From Calditrichaceae bacterium (lineage in GTDB: Bacteria > Calditrichota > Calditrichia > Calditrichales > JBFXGD01), in the NCBI GenBank assembly GCA_050173015.1, contig JBFXLE010000007.1, positions 1-64,000 on the forward strand: a stretch of DNA of 64,000 bases, in the 5' to 3' direction. Below the pieces are notes generated by a model. That model was not told the origin of the DNA. It made no database searches and saw only the letters and a program-made list of their open reading frames with translations. Positions 27,261-35,478 of this stretch are shown piece by piece; the stretch's first letter is position 1, and each line of letters starts with the position of its first letter. The position numbers were made by a program, and so were the translations under genes.

Positions 27261-27947
27261 TTACGTTAAATAAAATATGATGATACCGATCATCCCGCCG
27301 ATTAATAAAACAATCCGGCGGTTCATGCTTTTATAAAGCGGCAATACCAGCCCCGCTCCGGCGCCCAAAACAGCCCATTCAGTATATTTCGCGTATTCAT
27401 TAAACCTTGTAGGCGCCAGACTTATAAACTCGACAGATATATAATAGCCGATATACAATGTAATAAATATGAATATGAAAAAAATTGCCAAATTAGTGAT
27501 CAGTGATAATAAGTTCAATCTCCATAAAACCCCTAACTGACCTTTTTCCGCTCTGCCATAAGCATGATTTAATAAATATACATTCCAGTTCCTGATAAGC
27601 TTCACCATCTCTGAGCCAAGATAACTCAACGCAACCCCGTAAAGAACAGAAAGCAGAATAATTAAATTTGAATATACAGGGAATTTTTCATCAAGCAGTA
27701 TCGCCAATGCCACCGCTACCATGGAACCTATATTTCCTGCGGGGATTGAGGCTGCTCCGACCGGTAGATTTCCGACCCACAAAAGTTGCAGCAAAAAACC
27801 AATATGAAGACCCAGTTCAACATTTCCTGAAAACCATCCTATGATCGTCCCGGCAATTATCGGTTGTGAAACCAGCATCTGAAACGCGATTGTGGTATCA
27901 AGGTATAAAAACGCGCCCAGCAAACTGACTGAAAGAAGTTCTGCCAT
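27261..27947 (-). CDS. PTS mannose/fructose/sorbose family IIC component
   Basis: QMLVSQPIIAGTIIG, LQLLWVGNLPVGAASIP; polytopic membrane protein next to IID. Confidence 0.88.
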   Translation of the reverse strand: MAELLSVSLLGAFLYLDTTIAFQMLVSQPIIAGTIIGWFSGNVELGLHIGFLLQLLWVGNLPVGAASIPAGNIGSMVAVALAILLDEKFPVYSNLIILLSVLYGVALSYLGSEMVKLIRNWNVYLLNHAYGRAEKGQLGVLWRLNLLSLITNLAIFFIFIFITLYIGYYISVEFISLAPTRFNEYAKYTEWAVLGAGAGLVLPLYKSMNRRIVLLIGGMIGIIIFYLT

Positions 27948-28076
27948 CAAAACTAATTCCTGCTCCGGTTTAAATTTGCAAATATTTGTTTATGAACCAA
28001 CGTTTCCTACTCGATCAAATTCTCTGAAGCACTGTACAGAAAATATTGTTCAGGAAACTATTAATCCTAACATTGA

Positions 28077-30938
28077 TCAATTAAATCCAGTGTATAGTCT
28101 GACCGGAATTATATCCCTGTATTGCTTATTCTCATAACTATCAATCCAGATTTCACCAAATAAGTAGTAGCCGTCCGGCGCTACGGGAAGCGTCCCCAAA
28201 ATGGAGAAATCAACACTTTTCTTATTCAATGGGTAAAAACTATATTGTCCGCCGGAGACACTGATTTCATCTGAAAGATAAAAAGACTCTTTCAACTCAA
28301 TATTCCAGTTTTTTGATTTTTTTTCTGCAAATGCCGGAATCAGTTCCAGCGTATAACTGCCAGAATTCTGCGGAATAAATTCAATTTTATTCTTTCTGTA
28401 GCTAAGACCATCCTGAACCAGCGCTTTTCCGGAATTATCTTTAATATTTATGGCAAAATCCGTGAACATATTAAACACTTCGGGTTCCATTTCCAATTCA
28501 AAAACAACTTTTTCATAATCGTCATTCACACCGAAAGTGTATTTGTAAATATCCGATTCACTCTCGATATATTGAACTTTCTGAAACCCGCTCAGGTTTC
28601 CGCTTATCCGCGCTTCTACCTTTTGATTATAGTGATTAAGCACCTCAAATTTTCCGGCCGGATCGGATCCATTTGTGATGCTGACAGTTGAGATCGTCTC
28701 AGGGAAAGTCTCCAATCCGGAAAAAGCAATATCCAGCCTTGCTGATGATCTTTTTTCGTTACTGAAGGGAGCGTACAGATCGAGCTCCCAAATACCGGGT
28801 TCCAACATACCGCCCGAAAGCCGCATTGTCTGCTCATCTCTGATCCTGGAATCGATCCGGAGGTGTTTGCTTTGTTCCCGGCCTTCAGGATCAAATAAAT
28901 AGCCGATGATATTTGCATATTTTGAATTGATATTCTCTAAATTTATTGTCGCCGATGAAGCCATAAGCGGTACCTTAAAGAAGAATCTCTCAATGTCCCC
29001 GGATTCAATATTAACTTCCGGCGAGGTCCAGTGATATTCATTTTCATCATCAAATGTTAATGGAACCACAATGGAACAATACAAATCAAATTCTTTGTTT
29101 ACCGAAGTATTTCCACTAAATGCCCCACCCTTCCTAAAAGCATTGATCCTGCCGCTGTATAATCCCGGTTTTTGTAATTGACTTTTGTCAAAATATACAT
29201 CTACCACCGCTGCCTGAGATCCTTTGATGTATGTACTTTTTTGATTCACTTTTATCCAGGGTTGGTCAGACACCAGATTAAATGCTCTGTAAAATTCATT
29301 CTGTGCATCCGCTGTCATGGATTCCGGAAAAACAGGATTGATATAAAACTTTTGTTTATCTGTATTCGTCGGGATATAGGTCCCTGTTCTCCAGTAAGCC
29401 GCCGGCCCTGTTTCACCTTCAATGGAAGGACAAACGGTGCTGATTTCGTACCCGTCAATTTCTTTGTCCGCCTGATTTTCCAGATATCGCTTATAATAAT
29501 CAAATGCTCTTGGAATATTAATCACTCCGCTGCCCTGATCAAGCGGCGTATAATTTGCCATAAAATCAGCAGAATTTTTGAGAGCCTTTTTAATGGTCGC
29601 TCCGTTGATCTCCATTGATGGATTTTGCTGATAGGCGGCTGACATGATAAGAGCCACCGCGCCCGCGGCCTGGGGAGATGCCATGCTTGTTCCCCATTTA
29701 TTTTCTGATGTCGAATATGGCGGGACGGTGGCCGACGCGGCGCCGGGAGCAACCAAATCAGGCTTATTTAATTCCCCTCCGCGAGAACTGAATATGAATA
29801 TCTTGTCCTCTTTCAAAACTGATTTATACACATCCCGAGCGCTCTCTTTTGTATTCAGCGCGCCAACAGTTAACACCCTTTCTGCGGCGGCGGGAAGTCC
29901 TACGGTGGATATTCCCGGCCCATCGTTTCCGGCGCTTATGCAAAACAGAAGTCTTTCATTCTCCCTGAGAAGGTCATCAAGGATATATTCCATATCGGCA
30001 TGCCCTTCGATCTCCGACCCGATACCGAAACTCATATTAAACACTACCGGTCCATCATAGGTTTTGGCGAATTCCACACCGTATTCATAGGCCCGAATCA
30101 TACTTCCCGTGCGTGTTGAACCTCCCGCAAGTGTTCCGTCACCAAGTTTCAGACTTATTATATTCGCCCCCGGCGCAACTCCATTCAATCCATTCTGGCC
30201 GTTAATTTTATACCCCGCGGCAATCCCGGCCACATGTGTTCCATGACTTGATCCATCATAATGAAAATTTACCCGCTGCTCCTCCGGGAAAATATTGAGG
30301 GCGAACGTTGCAAGGTTCTTCCATTTTTCTGAATCTCTTCCTTTAAACTGAAATGACTGGTGATTTTCTTTATAATTTTTTATGGGATACTCATCATCAA
30401 TATTTCCGTCCGCGTCGAGATCAACATATGCCTGCCACCCGTTTGATCCGTTAAATACAATTACTCCGAATTGCTGATCAGTTTCACCATTATTATTAAT
30501 ATCGGGCAGAACTGTATTTTTAAACCGTTCTTCATCGAGCGCGCCAATATAATAAACGGAATCTGCCGGTTGATCCTTTAAATTCTCAAAACCGAACAAT
30601 CGGAGTCCATCCGGATGCTTTAAATAACTTTCATTATCCTGAATACCTTTTTCCGCCGTTTCCAGAAAAACATCTCCTTCACCGGTAAAATCCTGCGCGT
30701 CAATAACCTTAACGTTACCATCAGGTGTTTCTTTCAGACCCGCAACTCCCATATCCACACCGGTATCTAAGATGATGACGACGACATCCTTCCCGTTATA
30801 TTCCGGATGCGTCTTAATAAACTCTGTGGCTCCTGTTCGTGTCACATTGAGAAAACTCCAGTCTTCTCCCCGAACAAGGGTTACGCACAAGAACAAAAAA
30901 AACAAACTTATCTGATTGATTAAACTAGATTTAAACAT
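28077..30938 (-). CDS. Secreted S8 serine peptidase, tripeptidyl-peptidase II-like
   Basis: Signal peptide; catalytic triad LDTGVD, HGTHVAG, GTSMASP; oxyanion SAGNDGP; long insert between the catalytic Asp and His; no I9 propeptide. Confidence 0.9.
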   Translation of the reverse strand: MFKSSLINQISLFFLFLCVTLVRGEDWSFLNVTRTGATEFIKTHPEYNGKDVVVIILDTGVDMGVAGLKETPDGNVKVIDAQDFTGEGDVFLETAEKGIQDNESYLKHPDGLRLFGFENLKDQPADSVYYIGALDEERFKNTVLPDINNNGETDQQFGVIVFNGSNGWQAYVDLDADGNIDDEYPIKNYKENHQSFQFKGRDSEKWKNLATFALNIFPEEQRVNFHYDGSSHGTHVAGIAAGYKINGQNGLNGVAPGANIISLKLGDGTLAGGSTRTGSMIRAYEYGVEFAKTYDGPVVFNMSFGIGSEIEGHADMEYILDDLLRENERLLFCISAGNDGPGISTVGLPAAAERVLTVGALNTKESARDVYKSVLKEDKIFIFSSRGGELNKPDLVAPGAASATVPPYSTSENKWGTSMASPQAAGAVALIMSAAYQQNPSMEINGATIKKALKNSADFMANYTPLDQGSGVINIPRAFDYYKRYLENQADKEIDGYEISTVCPSIEGETGPAAYWRTGTYIPTNTDKQKFYINPVFPESMTADAQNEFYRAFNLVSDQPWIKVNQKSTYIKGSQAAVVDVYFDKSQLQKPGLYSGRINAFRKGGAFSGNTSVNKEFDLYCSIVVPLTFDDENEYHWTSPEVNIESGDIERFFFKVPLMASSATINLENINSKYANIIGYLFDPEGREQSKHLRIDSRIRDEQTMRLSGGMLEPGIWELDLYAPFSNEKRSSARLDIAFSGLETFPETISTVSITNGSDPAGKFEVLNHYNQKVEARISGNLSGFQKVQYIESESDIYKYTFGVNDDYEKVVFELEMEPEVFNMFTDFAINIKDNSGKALVQDGLSYRKNKIEFIPQNSGSYTLELIPAFAEKKSKNWNIELKESFYLSDEISVSGGQYSFYPLNKKSVDFSILGTLPVAPDGYYLFGEIWIDSYENKQYRDIIPVRLYTGFN

Positions 30939-31116
30939 ATTGGCTTTCCGTAATAATTTGACGATATCGAATTAATATTACATGAGGGATTGTTCGAAAG
31001 AGGGTTGTTTAATGGCATTCGAAATCCATTTCCAATATCAAATTTTAGATTTGATTATGAAGATTTATCACAATATACGATACGGGAAAATGCAATTCAA
31101 CCGGGAAGTCCGCTTA

Positions 31117-32025
31117 TTATTTACTCTGTCCGTCCGAATGCGCTAATTCCTTGTTCAGGAAGGAACTATCCACATCCATCACACAGCGGAATCCGAGGAA
31201 ATCAAATTGACAGGTCGGATCAAACCAGGTCCGGTATGTCACTCTCAAATAATCACCGCTGCGATTCCACGATGATCCTCGGATAACCTTATATCGTCCC
31301 TGATCCGCGCCTTTAGGATTTTGTTGATTAGCAGTATTAAAATATTTTTCTTCATACCAGTCAGCGCACCATTCAGTTACATTGCCAATCATATCATATA
31401 ATCCGAATCCATTCGGCACGAATGAGCCAACCGGCGCTGAATTTATATACCCGTCATAATACCCTTCTACCACGGGATAGAAAAATTTGACTTTTTTCAT
31501 CGTTTCATCAGCCACATTTCCAAAATTTCGGCGATATTGACTTGTTTTATCAGAAGTATCTTCCCGAATATTCCCCGCTGCCCGGGCGGCGAACTCCCAC
31601 TCAGCTTCCGTAGGCAGTCTTTTACCCACCCACTTTGCGTAATCATTCGCCTGTCCCCAGGTCACATTTACAACCGGGTGATTCTCCTTATTCCATTCCG
31701 GCTGGACCGGCATTTTGCTGCCTGTGGCAATACAATATTCTCTGAATTGCGAAACAGTAACTTCATGGGTATCCATATAAAAAGGATTAAGATATACAGA
31801 ATGCACCGGGGATTCGTTACTTTTTTCAGTGCTCCCCATCTCAAACAGCCCTCCGGGAATATAGGACATTCCCTCCACCGCTTGAGATTCTCTCCCGCGG
31901 TTAGTACCGGTTATTTTTTCTTTCTCCGGATTATGCTCGTTCATTCTAAACAGGTCAAGGCTGACTGTGCAGGAAACCAGCATTAAAATTGGTAAAAACA
32001 GGATTGAAATCAACAAACGTTTCAT
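31117..32025 (-). CDS. Formylglycine-generating-enzyme (FGE-sulfatase/SUMF1) domain lipoprotein
   Basis: Lipobox LVSC; IPGGLFEMGS, HPVVNVTW, RLPTEAEWE, NGFGLYDMIGNV, RGSSW, GFRC. Confidence 0.88.
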   Translation of the reverse strand: MKRLLISILFLPILMLVSCTVSLDLFRMNEHNPEKEKITGTNRGRESQAVEGMSYIPGGLFEMGSTEKSNESPVHSVYLNPFYMDTHEVTVSQFREYCIATGSKMPVQPEWNKENHPVVNVTWGQANDYAKWVGKRLPTEAEWEFAARAAGNIREDTSDKTSQYRRNFGNVADETMKKVKFFYPVVEGYYDGYINSAPVGSFVPNGFGLYDMIGNVTEWCADWYEEKYFNTANQQNPKGADQGRYKVIRGSSWNRSGDYLRVTYRTWFDPTCQFDFLGFRCVMDVDSSFLNKELAHSDGQSK

Positions 32026-32312
32026 ATTTAAAAATATTCAGTTAATGATGATTATATTGACAAACAAACATTATTCAGTATCGTCAGAAATATATGCCAT
32101 CTTTATTAATTTCACAAGAAAAACATCATAATCAACGCTAATTTGATTTTTAATTTTGTTCGGAGAGGACCCAAAGTGCTGTTGAAGATAGGTTTGTTTT
32201 TCACTTAAAATGATGCATTTTGTGACAGAATCGGAAAGTTTTTCACCACGCGGGAACAGAGTCAGGAGAGAACAGAAAGAGTATTCTGTTTTTTAAAAAT
32301 TCAATAAACAAT

Positions 32313-32355
32313 AAAAAAGGGGATTTGTTACCCGGCGGGTGAGTAACAAATCCCC
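32313..32355 (-). terminator. Strong terminator hairpin in the cas6 3' UTR
   Basis: 13-bp perfect stem GGGGATTTGTTAC/GTAACAAATCCCC followed by T6 on the minus strand. Confidence 0.8.
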
Positions 32356-32386
32356 CAAAGTAGGGAATAAGAACTAAAATACCTTA

Positions 32387-33235
32387 TTAATTATGTATGG
32401 TAGCATTAATTGGGGCCATCGTTCTGTTTTTTCGACCTCTGGAAGGATTGACCGTTTCCAGCATGCCAAAACCAAGATCGTTCAGCTGTCCAAGACCTAA
32501 ATCATATATAAGCTGCAAAACTTCAGGTTCTGCTTTTATATGAATTGGCGCCAGTATCCCCCGAATTTGTTCAGGAGCATCTTTTGAATTTTCAAGGGTA
32601 ATCACTTTTGTGATTCTATTGTTCTTTCTTCGGATATATTCTCTGTCGAATTCAAGATTTAATCGAATATTATTCTTCTTTTGTTTTTTTATCAGGTTGT
32701 ATTTATAAATGAGATCTTTTTCAATATAATCAAGATATTCATCTTCTCCCGGCAGCAAGTATCCACCGTTGAATTGATACATTGCCCTGTGCCTTTTGTT
32801 AAAGCGCTGTCGATATACCGCTACCGGCGACATGCATGTAAATTGCGCTTCCGCTTCCTTAAATTCGGGCGAAGGTATGAATTCAATTCCCCCGACATCA
32901 AACCAGGCGTTTTTAATTTTAATTTTTCCTCTGTCCCTTAATTCTTTGGCGATGAGCCCAAGAAATTGATAGTATGGCGAAGAAATGTACCAGTAAAATT
33001 CACTTGACAAAATGCCGATCTGAAAATCCTTAATCTCGCGTTCCGGTATGATTAACTGTGAGAAGGTATACATATCGAATTTTGCATGCACTCCATCGAT
33101 CCCCGGCAGCAAAGAGTTTAGGTACCGGCGATACTCATATGTGAGCTGATTTATCAGTTTTACAAGATAGTAGTTTGTATTAATTGGCAAAAAGGTTCTG
33201 GCCCGCTTGTTCTTGAACGTGATTTTAATTCGCAT
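32387..33235 (-). CDS. cas6: Stand-alone Cas6-family (RAMP) protein, likely catalytically degenerate
   Basis: MRIKI...LPIN, YTFSQL, ISSP, TCMSPV, DLIYKY and the C-terminal G-loop YDLGLGQLNDLGFGM. ATG at 33235 preferred over GTG at 33253. No array or other cas gene in the window. Confidence 0.88.
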   Translation of the reverse strand: MRIKITFKNKRARTFLPINTNYYLVKLINQLTYEYRRYLNSLLPGIDGVHAKFDMYTFSQLIIPEREIKDFQIGILSSEFYWYISSPYYQFLGLIAKELRDRGKIKIKNAWFDVGGIEFIPSPEFKEAEAQFTCMSPVAVYRQRFNKRHRAMYQFNGGYLLPGEDEYLDYIEKDLIYKYNLIKKQKKNNIRLNLEFDREYIRRKNNRITKVITLENSKDAPEQIRGILAPIHIKAEPEVLQLIYDLGLGQLNDLGFGMLETVNPSRGRKNRTMAPINATIHN

Positions 33236-33285
33236 AAATCTCTCTCGTTTCACTGAATATTAAAATAATTTCATATGAGTAATAT

Positions 33286-33302
33286 TGCAACGAATGTGCC
33301 AA
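33286..33302 (-). promoter_or_regulatory. sigma54 (-24/-12) promoter of cas6
   Basis: Minus strand TTGGCAC-ATTCG-TTGCA, an exact match to TGGCAC-N5-TTGCA, about 50 nt upstream of the start. Confidence 0.8.
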
Positions 33303-33329
33303 ATATGGCACACCACATTAAAAACGACT

Positions 33330-33342
33330 CAATATATTGATT
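33330..33342 (-). promoter_or_regulatory. Putative IHF site upstream of the cas6 sigma54 promoter
   Basis: AATCAATATATTG matches WATCAANNNNTTR. Confidence 0.5.
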
Positions 33343-33384
33343 ATTAACGAATTATGCCAGAGACAAACGAGGTAAGAAGAAATT

Positions 33385-33438
33385 AAAAAGTGGGGATATT
33401 ATCCCCACCACCTAAACATACAAGGGATTTTTTACCTT
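33385..33438. promoter_or_regulatory. Palindromes between mrp and cas6: mrp terminator and/or enhancer-binding-protein sites
   Basis: Perfect GTGGGGAT-att-ATCCCCAC (33390-33408) with a T-run on the minus strand, plus imperfect AAGGGA-ttttt-TACCTT (33422-33438). Confidence 0.5.
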
Positions 33439-34482
33439 CTATTTGCTTAATAATTGTTTTTTTACATTCCTGGCGATATCTACAAACGCCTTTGTCTGCG
33501 GACTTTCGCTATCGCCCGCGACGATGGGCACACCCTGATCCCCCCCGGCGCGGATAGCCGCATCTATTGGTATTTCTCCCAACAATGGAGTGTCGAGTTT
33601 TTCACATTCCTTTTTCACACCGCCATAAGAAAAGATTTCAGTCCTTTCCCCACAATTGGAACACACAAAATAACTCATATTTTCGATGATTCCGAGGATC
33701 GGCACATTCACTTTCCTGAACATTTGCACGCCCTTAACAGCATCAAGCAATGCGACATCCTGAGGCGTTGATACGATTACTGCCCCATCGAGCGCGACGG
33801 ACTGAGAAAGGGTTAATTGCGCATCGCCCGTTCCGGGAGGCATATCGAATAACATTATATCCAGCTCCGGCCAGGCAACATCATTCATTAGCTGCTGAAG
33901 TGCTCGGTGAACCAGCGCGCCTCGCCAGATAACAGCATCATTATTATCCACTAAGAAGCCAAGCGACATCAAATGAACACCAAACTTCTCGATTGGATAA
34001 ATCTTAGTTCCGTCATAGTATGGCTGCTCTTCCACCCCGAACATGAGCGGGATGCTCGGACCGTAGATGTCCGCGTCAAGTAAGCCGACCGATAAACCTT
34101 CTTTGGCAAGAGCAACAGCCAGATTCACCGCCACCGTTGATTTCCCGACTCCACCCTTACCGCTGGCGACTGCTACTTTATACTTTACGGATGTCAGGAA
34201 CGTTGATTTTTGCTGCGGGGAAGTATGAAATTGAGGCGGTTCCTGGCTTTCCAGAAGAACAGTAACCGAATGGTCTTTATATTTATCGGAAAAAACCTTC
34301 TTAATCTCAGATTCAATTTCCTGACCTACCGTTGTATCCTTTGATTTTATAAGTAATTTAATCGTGATCAGGTTATCTTTAATTTCAACCGCGTTAATAA
34401 TCCCAAAAGACACAATATCTCTGCTGAATCCCGGATATTTAATCTCTTTAAGAGTTTCAACAACCATATCTTTATTTACCAT
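33439..34482 (-). CDS. apbC: Mrp/ApbC/NBP35 iron-sulfur cluster carrier ATPase
   Basis: N-terminal DUF59-like domain, SGKGGVGKST, DADIYGPS, DMPPGTGD, ENMSYFVCSNC. Confidence 0.93.
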   Translation of the reverse strand: MVNKDMVVETLKEIKYPGFSRDIVSFGIINAVEIKDNLITIKLLIKSKDTTVGQEIESEIKKVFSDKYKDHSVTVLLESQEPPQFHTSPQQKSTFLTSVKYKVAVASGKGGVGKSTVAVNLAVALAKEGLSVGLLDADIYGPSIPLMFGVEEQPYYDGTKIYPIEKFGVHLMSLGFLVDNNDAVIWRGALVHRALQQLMNDVAWPELDIMLFDMPPGTGDAQLTLSQSVALDGAVIVSTPQDVALLDAVKGVQMFRKVNVPILGIIENMSYFVCSNCGERTEIFSYGGVKKECEKLDTPLLGEIPIDAAIRAGGDQGVPIVAGDSESPQTKAFVDIARNVKKQLLSK

Positions 34483-34698
34483 TTGTTTCTCCTTACGATC
34501 CTAAATTTGAAAATTAAAATAATATGTACGGATACCCGTAATGTTTTGATGCAATTATCGACAGAATGTAACAAAAACAATTAAATTTCTTACCAGGACA
34601 AAGGTATCCCATTCTACTTCCGGGATATCGGCGGTGATAATGGAGGCGGATAGCAAAAACTTCATCACGTCAAATTAACAAGGTCGACTCATCAGATA

Positions 34699-35361
34699 TT
34701 AGATTACCACTTCCAGGTCCAAAACCGAATCAGTTTCAAGGTCTAGTGAAACCACTTTGACCTTATCAAGTTCTATATCATTGATTAATGTCAGTTCAAC
34801 TTTGAAATTTTTATGCTCAACATCCTTTGATACTAATTTACCCATACCATTGATGACACCCGCTTTTTCTTTATCGTAATAACTTATTAAAATGGATTCG
34901 TTTAAATCCAGTGCATCAAGAATTTGCAATAATTCATCAACGTTTTTCTTCTCATCGATTATAAGCTCGTCGAGATCCTCCTCGATACTCATGATATCGC
35001 CGTCTTTATATTGAAAATCTATGGTGCCGCCTCCGCCCTTCAGGTAGATGAGCCGATTATCCATATCTTGCTTTATACTTCGTTCGACGTTGACAACCCT
35101 GCCCGTAAAGTACTCATTCCGAATATCCAGAATCTGAACCGTAATCGGAGATTCTTCAGGAGTCCCATCGTATTCAACTCTTCTGATGTTAACTTTTTTG
35201 TTTCTGCCGATCTTCTCAACAAGTTCTCTAACCTCATCCGGAGGCAGAGCGCCGGGGCGGTGTTTGAGATGTTTTTTTGATTTAAATAGCTTAATAAAGA
35301 AACGTGCATTACGGTCACTGTCAAAAAACCAGTTTCTTTCCTCTGATTTATATGTATTCAT
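34699..35361 (-). CDS. Hypothetical cytoplasmic protein
   Basis: 220-aa ORF with a strong SD (AAAGGAGGG); no recognised motif. Confidence 0.7.
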   Translation of the reverse strand: MNTYKSEERNWFFDSDRNARFFIKLFKSKKHLKHRPGALPPDEVRELVEKIGRNKKVNIRRVEYDGTPEESPITVQILDIRNEYFTGRVVNVERSIKQDMDNRLIYLKGGGGTIDFQYKDGDIMSIEEDLDELIIDEKKNVDELLQILDALDLNESILISYYDKEKAGVINGMGKLVSKDVEHKNFKVELTLINDIELDKVKVVSLDLETDSVLDLEVVI

Positions 35362-35478
35362 GCACCCTCCTTTAAATGGCTTATTTTAGCAAATATAGTA
35401 GAAATTAAAGCCCAAACCTCATAAAATCAAGATTTTAAACTTATTCACCCTGATTTTAGGATAAAATTATTCACGGTG

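Noticed and set aside
32084-32100. sigma54 promoter for the FGE-domain gene (TGGCATATATTTCTG)
   Set aside because: A -24-like box is present but there is no GC or GA at the required -12 spacing.
32026-32386. CRISPR array next to cas6
   Set aside because: No regularly spaced 23-47-nt repeats on either side of cas6; only single hairpins.
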